Under the pieces are notes generated by a model. That model was not told the origin of the DNA, ran no database searches, and saw only the letters and a program-made list of their open reading frames with translations. Source: an uncultured Eubacteriales bacterium (GTDB lineage Bacteria; Bacillota; Clostridia; Oscillospirales; Acutalibacteraceae). From it: 64,000 nt of DNA. Positions 1 to 10,303 of the stretch are shown here, one piece after another. The first letter of the stretch is position 1; each line of letters opens with the position of its first letter. The position numbers and the translations under genes are program-made. Location of the stretch: positions 116,227-180,226 of the forward strand of contig CAKSWC010000003.1 of NCBI GenBank assembly GCA_934511365.1, in the 5' to 3' direction.

Positions 1-636
1 GGTCGCGTTGTCTGCGGCTTTCTTTGCCCGTTTGGCTTTTTGCAAGAACTGATTTTCAAAATACCGACCAAAAAGCTTTCTGTGAACCAAACGGCCGACA
101 AATATTTCAGATATCTTAAATATGTTATTCTGGTTGTTTTTGTTTTTGGCTTGCCGCTCGTTTTGCGGGATAAATACGGCGAATCTCTCCCGTATTTTTG
201 CAAGTGGATTTGTCCGGCCGGTACACTTGAAGGCGGTTTTACTCTCCTTGCGTTAAATAAGAGTTTGCGTAACGCCATTGGCGGATTATTCACATGGAAA
301 GCAGCGGTTTTGATTGCTTTGCTTATTCTTTGTCTGTTTGTTGAGCGCCCGTTTTGCAAGTATCTTTGTCCTCTTGGTGCTTTTTACGGTTTGTTCAACC
401 GCATTAGCCTTTTCAGAGCCGAAATCGACAGAGATAGCTGCACTTCCTGCGGAAAATGTAGCCGCGCTTGTCCGATGCAGGTTGATGTTTTGAAAGACCC
501 GAACGGTGCCGAATGTATACGTTGTGGGAAATGCGGTTCGATTTGTCCGGAAAGTGCAATAAAACTTGAAACACTGTTTCAGATTAAAAAAATTGTAAAT
601 AAACCGGATGAGTTTCGGATTGATCGAAATACTTAA
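1..636 (+). CDS. 4Fe-4S cluster-binding polyferredoxin (NapH/MauN-like), truncated at the window edge
   Basis: Frame 1 is open from nt 1, and the listed 40..636 ORF begins at an internal TTG. The protein has repeated C-x3-CP motifs (FLCPFGF, CKWICPAG, CKYLCPLG) and two ferredoxin C-x2-C-x2-C-x3-CP motifs (CTSCGKCSRACP, CIRCGKCGSICP). Confidence 0.6.
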   Translation, partial: GRVVCGFLCPFGFLQELIFKIPTKKLSVNQTADKYFRYLKYVILVVFVFGLPLVLRDKYGESLPYFCKWICPAGTLEGGFTLLALNKSLRNAIGGLFTWKAAVLIALLILCLFVERPFCKYLCPLGAFYGLFNRISLFRAEIDRDSCTSCGKCSRACPMQVDVLKDPNGAECIRCGKCGSICPESAIKLETLFQIKKIVNKPDEFRIDRNT

Positions 637-690
637 TTAAAAGAGTTGCGAAAAAAACTTGACGCAGCTCTTTATTTTTTAGTTTATTTG

Positions 691-699
691 TGGTACAAT
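691..699 (+). promoter_or_regulatory. Extended -10 element (TGgTACAAT) of the uvrB promoter
   Basis: tggtacaat at 691-699 sits about 37 nt upstream of the uvrB start. The only well-spaced -35 (tttatt) is weak; TTGACG at 659-664 is too far away. Confidence 0.4.
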
Positions 700-702
700 A
701 AA

Positions 703-716
703 AGAACATTTGTTTC
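703..716 (+). promoter_or_regulatory. Candidate LexA (Cheo/SOS) box, AGAACATTTGTTTC
   Basis: This is a GAAC-N4-GTTt dyad immediately downstream of the -10 and ahead of uvrB. Gram-positive LexA boxes are GAAC-N4-GTTC, and uvrBA is SOS-regulated in Bacillus. Confidence 0.35.
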
Positions 717-735
717 CTTGGAGGTGAAGAACACC

Positions 736-2697
736 GTGGATCAGTTCAAACTTGTTTCAAAATATCAGCCGACCGGCGACCAGCCTCAGGCAATCGAGCG
801 CCTTGTTGAGGGCATAAAAAAGGGCGATATGGAGCAGACGCTTATGGGTGTAACCGGCTCCGGAAAAACATTCACAATGGCAAATATTATTGCAAAGCTT
901 AACCGGCCGACTCTTGTTCTGGCTCACAACAAAACGCTTGCCGCCCAGCTTTGCTCGGAGTTCAAAGAATTCTTCCCGGAGAATGCGGTTGAATACTTCG
1001 TTTCATATTATGATTACTATCAGCCGGAAGCCTATATTCCGACAACGGACACTTATATTGAAAAAGACTCTGCCGTCAACGATGAGATTGACAAGCTGCG
1101 CCATTCCGCAACATCTGCACTTTCCGAGCGGCGAGACGTTATAATTGTTGCGAGCGTGTCGTGCATATACACACTCGGCGACCCGATTGACTACCGCAGC
1201 ATGGTTGTTTCCCTGCGTCCGGGAATGGAAAAAAGTCGCGATGAGCTTATTGCAAAGCTTACAGATATTCAGTATGAAAGAAACGATGTCAATTTTGTTC
1301 GCAACAAGTTCCGTGTGCGCGGAGACGTTGTTGAAATTTATCCCGTATATTCAAATGATACTGCAATACGGGTTGAATTTTTCGGCGATGAGATTGACAG
1401 ACTTTGCGAGATTAATCCGCTGACGGGGGAGATTAAGTCAACCCTTTCCCATGTTGCAATCTATCCGGCCTCACATTACGTTGTCAGCCACGACAAAATG
1501 GAAAGGGCAATTTCAGAAATTCACGCCGAAATGGAGGAATGCGCCGAAAATTTTACCCGCGAAGGCAAGCTTCTTGAGGCCGAACGTATCCGGCAGCGGA
1601 CAAGCTATGACCTTGAAATGCTGCGCGAAACAGGCTTCTGTAAGGGCATTGAAAACTATTCGCGCGTCATGTCCGGCAGGCCGGCCGGTTCAAGCCCTTT
1701 CACATTGCTGCATTACTTTCCGGATGACTTTCTTTTGTTTGTTGATGAATCCCATGTAACGCTGCCGCAGGTCAGAGCAATGTATGCAGGCGACAGAGCA
1801 AGAAAGGAAAGCCTTATTAATTTCGGCTTTCGTCTGCCGTCCGCTTATGACAACAGGCCACTTAGGTTTGATGAATTTTATGACATTGTTGGTCAGAAAA
1901 TATTTGTGAGCGCAACACCCGGCGAATTTGAACGCGAAAAGAGCGCTCAGATCGTTGAGCAGGTTATCAGACCTACCGGACTTCTTGATCCGCTCATCTC
2001 CGTCAGGCCGACAGACGGTCAGATTGACGATTTGGTTTCAGAAATCACTGAACGTACCTCGCGCAAAGAGCGCGTACTCATCACAACGCTTACAAAGAAG
2101 ATGGCGGAATCGCTGACTGATTACCTTTCAAACCTTGACATCAAGGTAAGATATATGCATTATGACATCGACACGATTGAGCGCATGGAGATAATACGCG
2201 ATCTGAGGCTCGGAGAAATTGACGTCCTTGTCGGAATCAACCTGCTGCGCGAAGGACTTGATATTCCGGAGGTTTCCCTTGTTGCGATTCTTGATGCAGA
2301 CAAAGAGGGTTTTTTGCGCTCGGAAACATCGCTTGTTCAAACAATCGGACGAGCAGCGCGCAACGCAAACGGCGAGGTTATCATGTATGCCGATTCGGTG
2401 ACTCCGTCAATGGAAAGAGCTATTACCGAAACGGAGCGCCGAAGAAAAATACAAAGTGAATACAATAAAGAACATGGAATTGTTCCAAAAACAATTATAA
2501 AAGATGTCCGTGATGTTCTTGAGATTTCTTCAAAAAGAACCGATCTTGAAAAGAACTTCAAACGTATGTCTCGTCTTGAGCGTGAGCAGACCATCAAGGC
2601 TCTTACGGCCGAAATGCGTGCTGCGGCAAAAATTCTTGAATTTGAACACGCTGCATATCTGCGTGACAAAATTGAAAAACTTAAATCCATGAAGTGA
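736..2697 (+). CDS. uvrB: Excinuclease ABC subunit B (UvrB)
   Basis: Carries the Walker A GVTGSGKT and helicase motifs. The N-terminus [19 protein letters not shown] matches the canonical UvrB start, with GTG at 736 and GGAGG at 720-724. The 646 ATG in the ORF track looks like an over-extension. Confidence 0.9.
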   Translation: MDQFKLVSKYQPTGDQPQAIERLVEGIKKGDMEQTLMGVTGSGKTFTMANIIAKLNRPTLVLAHNKTLAAQLCSEFKEFFPENAVEYFVSYYDYYQPEAYIPTTDTYIEKDSAVNDEIDKLRHSATSALSERRDVIIVASVSCIYTLGDPIDYRSMVVSLRPGMEKSRDELIAKLTDIQYERNDVNFVRNKFRVRGDVVEIYPVYSNDTAIRVEFFGDEIDRLCEINPLTGEIKSTLSHVAIYPASHYVVSHDKMERAISEIHAEMEECAENFTREGKLLEAERIRQRTSYDLEMLRETGFCKGIENYSRVMSGRPAGSSPFTLLHYFPDDFLLFVDESHVTLPQVRAMYAGDRARKESLINFGFRLPSAYDNRPLRFDEFYDIVGQKIFVSATPGEFEREKSAQIVEQVIRPTGLLDPLISVRPTDGQIDDLVSEITERTSRKERVLITTLTKKMAESLTDYLSNLDIKVRYMHYDIDTIERMEIIRDLRLGEIDVLVGINLLREGLDIPEVSLVAILDADKEGFLRSETSLVQTIGRAARNANGEVIMYADSVTPSMERAITETERRRKIQSEYNKEHGIVPKTIIKDVRDVLEISSKRTDLEKNFKRMSRLEREQTIKALTAEMRAAAKILEFEHAAYLRDKIEKLKSMK

Positions 2698-2708
2698 GGT
2701 AACAAAAA

Positions 2709-5537
2709 GTGCCGGAAAAAAATATATACATTAAAGGTGCAAGGGAGCATAATCTTAAAAACATTGACCTTGTTCTTCCGCGCGATAAAATGATCGTCTT
2801 TACCGGGCTTTCCGGTTCCGGAAAGTCATCACTTGCTTTTGACACGATATATGCTGAAGGACAGCGCAGATATGTTGAATCGCTTTCTTCATATGCAAGG
2901 CAGTTCCTCGGTCAGATGGAAAAACCTGACGTCGATTTAATTGACGGGCTTTCGCCGGCAATTTCCATTGATCAGAAAACAACGTCAAAAAACCCACGTT
3001 CAACCGTTGGAACAATCACTGAGGTTTATGATTATCTGAGACTGCTTTATGCAAGAATCGGAATTCCGCACTGCACCGTCTGCGGACGGGAAATCAAGCC
3101 ACAGACGGTTGACATGATTGTTGATAAAATAATGGCCTTTGAGGAAGGAACAAAATTTCAGCTTCTTTCCCCAATAGCACGCGGAAAAAAAGGAACATTT
3201 GTTAAGGAACTTGAGCAGGTCAGAAAAAGCGGATTTGTTCGCGTTCGTATAGATGGAATCACTTATGACCTTTCGGAAAGCATAAAACTTGAAAAAAATA
3301 AAAAACACAACATTGAAGTGGTTGTTGACCGCCTTGTGATGAAAGAATCAATACGTTCAAGACTTGCGGATTCCGTTGAAACGGCAACAAAGCTTTCCGG
3401 CGGACTTCTGCTTGTTGAGCGTGTCGGAACCGATGAACAACTTTTTTCTCTCAACTATGCTTGCCCGGAGCATGGAATCAGCTTTGACGAGCTGACGCCG
3501 AGAATGTTTTCCTTCAACAATCCTTTCGGTGCGTGCAAAAAGTGTTCCGGCCTCGGCGTATTCATGAAAATATCCGAGAAGAACATTATTCCCGATTCTT
3601 CGCTTTCAATCAGGAAAGGGGGAATCCGCGCCCACGGCTGGAACTCAGTGGGTGACGGCTCCATTGCCGCGATGTATTACACTGCGCTCGGAAAAAAATA
3701 TGGTTTCACTCTTGACACTCCCATTAAAGACATGAGCAAAGAGGCCGTAAGCGCAATTCTTTACGGAACAAGCGGCGAAAAAATGAAAATGGAGCGCCCG
3801 ACATCCTTTGGCGGCGGCGTATATTACACCGACTTTGAGGGTATTATCAACAATCTTCAGCGCAGATATAATGAGTCGGGCAGTGAGGCTTCACGGGCAG
3901 AGATTGAACAGCTTATGACAAGCGTGAAATGTCCTGAATGCGGCGGCGCGAGACTTTGCAAGGAAGCACTGAGCGTAACCGTTGGTGGAAAGAATATTGA
4001 CGAGGTTTCCAACCTTTCAATCGAAAATTCGCTCGGTTTTGTTGACTCGCTCAAAGAAATGCTTTCCGAACGCGACCTTATAATCGGAAAAATAATTCTT
4101 AAAGAGATTTGTGACCGCCTGCGTTTTCTTTCAAGCGTTGGCTTGGGCTATCTCACACTTGCTCGTTCCTCCGGCACTCTTTCCGGCGGCGAAAGCCAGC
4201 GTATCCGGCTTGCAACTCAACTTGGAACATCGCTTATGGGTGTTTTATATATTCTTGACGAACCGAGCATCGGTCTGCACCAAAGAGACAACGAAAAGCT
4301 CATCGGAACACTCAAGCATCTGCGCGATCTCGGCAATACGCTTATTGTTGTTGAGCATGACGAGGATACAATCCGTGCGGCCGATCATGTTGTTGATTTC
4401 GGACCTGCTGCCGGTATCAACGGCGGCGAAATTGTTTGCAGCGGCAGCGTTCAGGATATAATAGACTGCAAAAATTCAATCACAGGACAGTATCTTTGCG
4501 GAAAGAAAAAAATTCCCGTGCCGGAAAAGAGGAGAAGCGGAAACGGAAAATTTCTTAAAGTTTTTAATGCCCGCGAGAACAACCTGAAAGGTATAGATGT
4601 ATCTATACCACTCGGTAAATTTGTTTGCGTTACCGGAGTTTCCGGCTCCGGAAAGTCATCGCTTGTCAATGAAATATTGTATAAGCATCTTGCGTCCGAA
4701 CTTAACAATGCGCGAAAATTCCCCGGGAAATTTGACCGGATAGAGGGTACCGAAAACCTTGACAAGATAATCAACATTGATCAATCGCCGATTGGACGTA
4801 CGCCGCGTTCAAACCCTGCAACCTATACGGGGGTGTTCAATGATATCCGCGAGCTTTTTGCAAACACAGTTGACGCCAAAATGAAGGGCTATACGGCAAG
4901 CAGGTTTTCGTTCAATGTTAAAGGCGGCCGCTGCGAAGCGTGCAGCGGAGACGGAATTGTAAAAATTGAAATGCATTTTCTTGCCGATATTTTTGTTCCT
5001 TGCGATGTCTGCAAGGGTAGGAGATATAACAGTGAAACGCTTGCGGTCAAGTATAAAGGCAAGTCGATTTATGATGTTCTTGAAATGACGGTTGTTGAGG
5101 GAATGAACTTTTTTGAAAACATTCCTAAGGTTTATAACAAGCTTAAAACCCTTTATGAAGTCGGCCTCGGATATATTAAAATCGGACAGCCGGCAACAAC
5201 GCTTTCCGGCGGCGAGGCACAGCGCGTTAAGCTTTCAACCGAGCTTTCAAAGCGTGCAACGGGAAAAACCGTCTATGTTCTTGATGAGCCGACAACAGGT
5301 CTCCACACCGCAGACGTTCACCGCCTTGTTGATGTGCTTCACGCGCTTGTTGATTCCGGAAACTCGGTCATTGTTATTGAACACAATCTTGATGTCATTA
5401 AAACGGCGGATTATATCATTGACCTCGGCCCGGAGGGCGGAGACGGCGGCGGAACGATTGTTGCCGAGGGTACACCGGAGGAGATTGCAAAGGTTAAAGA
5501 ATCATACACCGGTCAGTACCTTAAAAATATGCTATAA
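2709..5537 (+). CDS. uvrA: Excinuclease ABC subunit A (UvrA)
   Basis: Two ABC ATPase modules ([12 protein letters not shown] and [11 protein letters not shown] Walker A; LSGGESQR and LSGGEAQR signatures) and zinc-finger Cys clusters. Length is 942 aa, directly downstream of uvrB. Confidence 0.92.
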   Translation: MPEKNIYIKGAREHNLKNIDLVLPRDKMIVFTGLSGSGKSSLAFDTIYAEGQRRYVESLSSYARQFLGQMEKPDVDLIDGLSPAISIDQKTTSKNPRSTVGTITEVYDYLRLLYARIGIPHCTVCGREIKPQTVDMIVDKIMAFEEGTKFQLLSPIARGKKGTFVKELEQVRKSGFVRVRIDGITYDLSESIKLEKNKKHNIEVVVDRLVMKESIRSRLADSVETATKLSGGLLLVERVGTDEQLFSLNYACPEHGISFDELTPRMFSFNNPFGACKKCSGLGVFMKISEKNIIPDSSLSIRKGGIRAHGWNSVGDGSIAAMYYTALGKKYGFTLDTPIKDMSKEAVSAILYGTSGEKMKMERPTSFGGGVYYTDFEGIINNLQRRYNESGSEASRAEIEQLMTSVKCPECGGARLCKEALSVTVGGKNIDEVSNLSIENSLGFVDSLKEMLSERDLIIGKIILKEICDRLRFLSSVGLGYLTLARSSGTLSGGESQRIRLATQLGTSLMGVLYILDEPSIGLHQRDNEKLIGTLKHLRDLGNTLIVVEHDEDTIRAADHVVDFGPAAGINGGEIVCSGSVQDIIDCKNSITGQYLCGKKKIPVPEKRRSGNGKFLKVFNARENNLKGIDVSIPLGKFVCVTGVSGSGKSSLVNEILYKHLASELNNARKFPGKFDRIEGTENLDKIINIDQSPIGRTPRSNPATYTGVFNDIRELFANTVDAKMKGYTASRFSFNVKGGRCEACSGDGIVKIEMHFLADIFVPCDVCKGRRYNSETLAVKYKGKSIYDVLEMTVVEGMNFFENIPKVYNKLKTLYEVGLGYIKIGQPATTLSGGEAQRVKLSTELSKRATGKTVYVLDEPTTGLHTADVHRLVDVLHALVDSGNSVIVIEHNLDVIKTADYIIDLGPEGGDGGGTIVAEGTPEEIAKVKESYTGQYLKNML

Positions 5538-5542
5538 GAAAA

Positions 5543-5583
5543 CAGCGGCTGAAACGAATTCTTTTCGGCCGCTGCACCTTTTC
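5543..5583 (+). terminator. Weak rho-independent terminator after uvrA
   Basis: Hairpin cagcggc...gccgctg followed by cacctttt. Confidence 0.3.
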
Positions 5584-5684
5584 GGATATTTGGTTTGTAT
5601 TTATTTCAATAAGTCTTGAACATTTTAAATTAAACAAAAAAGCCCCGAAGCCTTGTTAACAAACAAGATTCGGAACTTTTAAAG

Positions 5685-5712
5685 TGGTCCGAGTGTTCAT
5701 AACGGACTTATG
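5685..5712. repeat. Left junction of the integrated element (attL-like): 11-bp direct repeat of the tRNA-Pro 3' end plus 22-bp terminal inverted repeat
   Basis: tggtccgagtg (5685-5695) is identical to 22726-22736. gagtgttcataacggacttatg (5691-5712) is the reverse complement of 22700-22721 with 21 of 22 matching. Confidence 0.55.
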
Positions 5713-5762
5713 AAAAACTCAGGTTTTATCGGCAGTTGCACACATTTCTCGCTCGCACATTT

Positions 5763-5791
5763 GTGGTTTATTCAATTTCTTCCTATAATAT
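5763..5791 (+). promoter_or_regulatory. Sigma-A-like promoter for tnpW/tnpV (TTGTGG-17-TATAAT)
   Basis: The element ttgtggtttattcaatttcttcctataat lies about 30 nt upstream of the RBS AAGGAGG. Confidence 0.4.
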
Positions 5792-5824
5792 GGACGTAAA
5801 ATACAAGCCAAGGAGGAAATGACT

Positions 5825-6004
5825 ATGAGAAATCCAAAATACCATCTGTATCTAACATCCGATGAACGGCGCACGGTTATCAACAGCCTGATTGATTTGA
5901 GAAATGAACTCATTTCTCAAGGTAGGTATACTGACATTGTTGACGAGCTGTTAATCAAGCTCACAAAAGCAAGAATCAAGAAAATAGAGATCAAGGAGGT
6001 CTGA
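5825..6004 (+). CDS. Small TnpW-family protein found in Tn4451-like elements
   Basis: MRNPKYHLYLTSDERRTVINSLIDLRNELISQGRYTD resembles the small proteins that pair with TnpV in clostridial serine-recombinase elements. AGGAGG is present, and the second ATG (5825) has the better spacing. Confidence 0.45.
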   Translation: MRNPKYHLYLTSDERRTVINSLIDLRNELISQGRYTDIVDELLIKLTKARIKKIEIKEV

Positions 6005-6007
6005 ATT

Positions 6008-6364
6008 ATGGCAACAAAGATTACATACACACAGCAGGGTGACTGTCTTCTTCCCAATTTAAAATTGCCCGAACAGCCAAAGGTTGAAATAGGTATTTGG
6101 GGCAAGCGGCATTTGAGATACCTTAAAAATCATCATCCAATTATTTACACGAATCTTCTAACAAGTTGTAAGCTCACTGCTTATCTTGCTGATATTGATA
6201 AAGAAGCGAATGAAATGTTCGACAGACTAGTGCGTCAAATTTCCAAGAAGGAAAGCGTTACCGAAAAACTCAAAGCAGAGAATCAAATGCTGTGGGTGCG
6301 GGAAATGAATAATATACGCAATCGAGTAGAAGGAATCATCTATCAAGAAATTATATTTACATAA
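6008..6364 (+). CDS. TnpV-family protein
   Basis: MATKITYTQQGDCLLPNLKLPEQ...IGIWGKRHLRYLKNHH...YTNLLTSCKLTAYLADID...LKAENQMLWVREMNNIRNR matches the TnpV family remembered from Tn4451/Tn4453. AGGAGG sits 8 nt upstream of the ATG. Confidence 0.6.
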   Translation: MATKITYTQQGDCLLPNLKLPEQPKVEIGIWGKRHLRYLKNHHPIIYTNLLTSCKLTAYLADIDKEANEMFDRLVRQISKKESVTEKLKAENQMLWVREMNNIRNRVEGIIYQEIIFT

Positions 6365-6457
6365 AAAGCCAACAGCTGATGTGATTATAAAACCACATCA
6401 GCTGTTTTTCTGCTTTTTGATTTTGATTATTACTTGCTTTTTTTAGTAAGCAAATGA

Positions 6458-7669
6458 CTATGCATAATTCATCTCGATGCCTTGTAGAACAGCATCGAAG
6501 TTGTTTTCAGGGATTCCCTCAAAATAATCAGTAGAAAAACCCGTATCTAAAACATACATAAAGGCATCAAAACTATATAAAGCTGGAGCATCATCAATAT
6601 CTAGAATATTCCTTCTAATGTGATCGGTTTTAGCTATTAGACACGTATACTGAAAAGCTGGTTCAATTCTTCTTGTGTTTCCTCCCGGATGTGCTTCTTG
6701 CATATGTTGAGCAGTTGATAAAGCTATAAGATTTTCAACATACATAGCGATTTCAGGGAATCGGCTTTGAGGGAATATGTGATGTATTGCAGACGCATTT
6801 TGGCCAATAGAATATCTATCTCGAACTTCGGGTTCACCATCAAAGTATGTATTGATAAAGTATCTTAGGTTTCTCATTGCTCGACTTACTTGGTAATCAT
6901 AGGTTTCACTTACGGTGTTTACTCCACGATAGTCCCCACGAGCAACATTTTTATCTTTACCAGTAAGATCATCATACCAGTTAGTTTTATTATATACTAT
7001 ATCGCTAAATGTAATGATATTTGGAGAAATACGACCTCTAATTGTTCCGTGCTTATGATATTTGCAAGCTAATTGGTTAAGGACTTTTATGAAGATTCTA
7101 TCTGCTTCTCGTTTTGTGTTTATAGGAGTATATGTAAAACAAAACTGCTCAAATCTATCTTTTACAATGTCATACCATTCTTCTGTCTGCTCGTCAAAGA
7201 ACGATGCAAATCCATCCCACAAGCCACTATCCTGTAGTGTTTTTTCGATGTACATACACATAAAATCAAAAGCATTTCTTTCACGCAACGCTACGAACTC
7301 TAACACATCAATGTTTTCAATGTAGAATTGAATAGTATTACCTCGACGTCTTTCAGATAATACCCCGGCAGCGGAAAGAAGTTTGAGAGGTTGCCTGAAG
7401 AATTTGTTGTATTCGTCAACCGTACTTCTTGTAGTGGGATCTGGTTTACCAAACAAACGCATTACATTCTCGATTGAATATTCTCTATGCCAAATTTGCG
7501 GCGATTCAAAGGGAATGGTACCACCTGACTGAAGATAATCCACTATGCAATCAGCGACAAAGCACACCGTATCAAATGCACATTTTTGATCTATCCAACG
7601 TCCATTTCCGGTTCTTCGAACATCATAATTATGCTCATCGAAAAACTGTCTCAATAAACCAATAGTCAT
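6458..7669 (-). CDS. Putative restriction endonuclease with an HNH-like motif (the REase half of the RM pair)
   Basis: Its start overlaps the stop of the MTase gene (7666-7669), suggesting translational coupling. The C-terminal motif AIHHIFPQSRFPEIAMYVENLIALSTAQH fits the HNH pattern (HH...N...H). No other family is recognisable. Confidence 0.4.
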   Translation of the reverse strand: MTIGLLRQFFDEHNYDVRRTGNGRWIDQKCAFDTVCFVADCIVDYLQSGGTIPFESPQIWHREYSIENVMRLFGKPDPTTRSTVDEYNKFFRQPLKLLSAAGVLSERRRGNTIQFYIENIDVLEFVALRERNAFDFMCMYIEKTLQDSGLWDGFASFFDEQTEEWYDIVKDRFEQFCFTYTPINTKREADRIFIKVLNQLACKYHKHGTIRGRISPNIITFSDIVYNKTNWYDDLTGKDKNVARGDYRGVNTVSETYDYQVSRAMRNLRYFINTYFDGEPEVRDRYSIGQNASAIHHIFPQSRFPEIAMYVENLIALSTAQHMQEAHPGGNTRRIEPAFQYTCLIAKTDHIRRNILDIDDAPALYSFDAFMYVLDTGFSTDYFEGIPENNFDAVLQGIEMNYA

Positions 7670-10182
7670 TTTTTCACCCCATAAAAGAAAACACTTTTTG
7701 AATCAATATTAATTGATTGAGTTGAAAGGTTTCTAGCTATTTGATAAAACTTGCGATATTTTTCTGTTGCAAAAAAACTGATTTGAATTTGAGTTAGTTT
7801 CATTTGCTGTTTTGGTATTAGCACTGCAACTGATCCATCAGGCACAAGCCCAGTTTTATTGCAAATTACACGTGGATTATATGTCATATTTGGTGTTAAG
7901 TATACATTTAAATCATCAATATACTTTGCAACAGCAAAATCCTGACATATTTCAGGTTCAATAAATGAATCATAACCTTCTATACTTAAAATTGAACCAT
8001 CATCTTGTATGTTACGTGCTTTTATAACTCTTAATGAACCTTTTTTTCTTTCGGATGTTGTGTTCTTTTTAGTAATTTGTCTGTCTCTAAAAACATCAAA
8101 CACATCCAACTTTAATTCTTCAGCAACAGCATCAAAATCGTTATTTCGATATATGATGAAATAAGGGAAACATGTGTCTGTGATATAACTCTGTTTCTGG
8201 GTGATTCTAAAATTATACTTCATATTATATACAAAGGTATCTGCAGGTTTTTTTCTGTTTCTTACAACTAAACACATTGTTTCAATAGATAATCCGCTGA
8301 AACCATACCGTCCAAAATCAATAATACTTTCTATTTTTTTGCTTCTGAGATAATCTCTTGTTTGATCAAACTCTCCGGATGATAAAAGCGTTTTGTTCAA
8401 TACGAGCGCAGTGCAATCTGAAACTCTCATACACTTCTCTAAAAACATTTCTGAAAGATTCTTTGTTACTGTATTTACATTTTGAGATATACTTTGAAGA
8501 ACGTCTGTAGAGGGATTCTTCAATTTTGAATATGGTGGATTTCCTATTGCTAGATCGTATTCTCTATCAGGTTCATATGTTAAAAAGTTTTGATGAAAAA
8601 TCCTAATAGTAAAATTTACAGGTATTTCTATTTTATTAAGAAGTAGTTTAAGAGTAGCTATGCTATCTGCGTCAATTTCTACTAAGTCAATGTTTACTTG
8701 TTTTGTTCCTTCATATCTTTTGATAATAAACGGGATAAAACCTCCTGCTCCTACAGACGGTTCAAGAATGGATATTTCATCTTTTTTGAAATCTGGTAGG
8801 ACATCAACTATTTCGTTTACAATGAATTTATTTGTATAGTAAGCTGAATTTTCCTCACGCTTAGCGTTACACAATTCTACTACACGCTGTAATTCTGGAA
8901 GCTCTAATTGTTCAGGATTATCAATAATAAACTGATTCAACGCTTCTCTTGAATCCAGCGAGTACCGAACAACGAAGCGATTAATATCAGTAGGAGTAAT
9001 TTTTTTCCTTGTGAGTTCTTTCTTGATTTTGGATGCAATCTGCCGCATGATTATAGTAGGAACAGCTTCACCTATGCATTGACGTATATTTACTTCGTTT
9101 TCCTTATATATTTTCCTCTTTTCTCCTTCTGATAATTCGTTAAGCTGATCAAGCGAGTAATCAACCCAACGAAACTCAGCGGGAATATTCATCATTTCCA
9201 TAAGTTCCCTTATAGAGAAAACACGATCTTCAACAGGGTGAACTGTATTCTGTGCAGCTAGCTGATCGTTTCTGGTATGAATACACTGAACAAATCTATC
9301 CCATTTTTGACGAGTATATTTATCTCGATTTTTCTTTACATTCTCTACGATTTCGCCATTTATTATTCTGTGAGGACGGTTTTTAGGGTTAGCATTATCA
9401 AAAGCAGATTCCCCTTCTTTGAGATTATGAATCCAATCCCTCATTTTTGTGTCATAAGTTCTAAATGCATGATAGAAGTCGTTTGCTGATATTTCGCCCC
9501 ATTGAAGCTCTGCATATTTCCCATCCCCAATTACTTCTCTCAAAGTTTTCTCACTTGTAAACTCTGGAAATAAATCATATGGAGTAAAGGTGTTGCGATA
9601 CTCTTTGTCTATTCCGATAACCAATGTCCTTGTACGAGAAGAATTTGCTCCGTAGTTCATAAAATTCAATACTTTGCCGGTAATAATATAATCTTTTCCT
9701 AGCGTATCCCGAATAAAGTCTCCAATACGAACTAAGTCATCATTAGGGGTTATACAAAATGTCTTCTGAAAGGCTTGAACATTTTCAAAAATAAAAATTC
9801 TAGGTTTAATACGATTAATGATTTCAACAGATTCAACTACCAAACTGTTCCTATTAATGTCAGACTTATTCTTTTTGTGATTGATAACCGAAATACCTTG
9901 GCAGGGAGGAGTAGCTATTACTACGTCAACACGATCATTGCCACGATGTTTCCACGCATCAATTTCCGCATATATTTTATTCTTCACCTCATCTTTTGTA
10001 ATATCACCGTCGATATATCCAGTATCATACTCACATTTTTTGTTATACTTCTGAACTTCTAGACGCCGATTAATTAATTCATTTGTAAGGATACATTGAT
10101 AGTCCTCTTGCTTAAACCCATAGCAGCCCACACCAGCTGAACTGAAAAGGCTAATATATGTTAAGCTTTTATCTTTTAGCAT
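7666..10182 (-). CDS. Bifunctional DNA methyltransferase: N-terminal C5-cytosine MTase fused to a C-terminal gamma-class N6-adenine MTase
   Basis: The N-terminal half has m5C motifs I LFSSAGVGCYGF, IV PPCQGISVINHKK, VI ENV (FIFENVQAF) and a Q/R-rich motif VIII. The C-terminal half has m6A motif I ILEPSVGAGGFIPFI and motif IV NPPY (AIGNPPYSKL), followed by a roughly 250-aa probable target-recognition domain. Confidence 0.8.
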   Translation of the reverse strand: MLKDKSLTYISLFSSAGVGCYGFKQEDYQCILTNELINRRLEVQKYNKKCEYDTGYIDGDITKDEVKNKIYAEIDAWKHRGNDRVDVVIATPPCQGISVINHKKNKSDINRNSLVVESVEIINRIKPRIFIFENVQAFQKTFCITPNDDLVRIGDFIRDTLGKDYIITGKVLNFMNYGANSSRTRTLVIGIDKEYRNTFTPYDLFPEFTSEKTLREVIGDGKYAELQWGEISANDFYHAFRTYDTKMRDWIHNLKEGESAFDNANPKNRPHRIINGEIVENVKKNRDKYTRQKWDRFVQCIHTRNDQLAAQNTVHPVEDRVFSIRELMEMMNIPAEFRWVDYSLDQLNELSEGEKRKIYKENEVNIRQCIGEAVPTIIMRQIASKIKKELTRKKITPTDINRFVVRYSLDSREALNQFIIDNPEQLELPELQRVVELCNAKREENSAYYTNKFIVNEIVDVLPDFKKDEISILEPSVGAGGFIPFIIKRYEGTKQVNIDLVEIDADSIATLKLLLNKIEIPVNFTIRIFHQNFLTYEPDREYDLAIGNPPYSKLKNPSTDVLQSISQNVNTVTKNLSEMFLEKCMRVSDCTALVLNKTLLSSGEFDQTRDYLRSKKIESIIDFGRYGFSGLSIETMCLVVRNRKKPADTFVYNMKYNFRITQKQSYITDTCFPYFIIYRNNDFDAVAEELKLDVFDVFRDRQITKKNTTSERKKGSLRVIKARNIQDDGSILSIEGYDSFIEPEICQDFAVAKYIDDLNVYLTPNMTYNPRVICNKTGLVPDGSVAVLIPKQQMKLTQIQISFFATEKYRKFYQIARNLSTQSINIDSKSVFFYGVKK

Positions 10183-10218
10183 AACTATACTCCTAACGGC
10201 TGAAAATAGTACAAGGAT

Positions 10219-10247
10219 ATTATAGCAGAATAATCAATATTTTTCAA
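10219..10247 (-). promoter_or_regulatory. Minus-strand promoter (TTGAAA-17-TATAAT) for the MTase/REase operon
   Basis: On the minus strand the sequence reads ttgaaaaatattgattattctgctataat, about 35 nt upstream of the MTase start. Confidence 0.35.
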
Positions 10248-10303
10248 ATGAATGATTACACATTTTTTATGAACACGTGTTTTAAGTGCTCATAAAATAC
10301 TAT

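Noticed and set aside
646-735. An N-terminal extension of uvrB from the ATG at 646
   Set aside because: The extension would overlap the uvrB promoter and the candidate LexA box. The canonical UvrB N-terminus begins at DQFKL, which is the GTG at 736 preceded by GGAGG.
890-2750. Many 60-140-aa ORFs inside or antisense to uvrB (890..1144, 1145..1423, 1451..1759, 2337..2750 and others)
   Set aside because: They lie entirely within a strongly supported uvrB reading frame, lack RBSs and have low-complexity translations. They are overlapping-frame artefacts.
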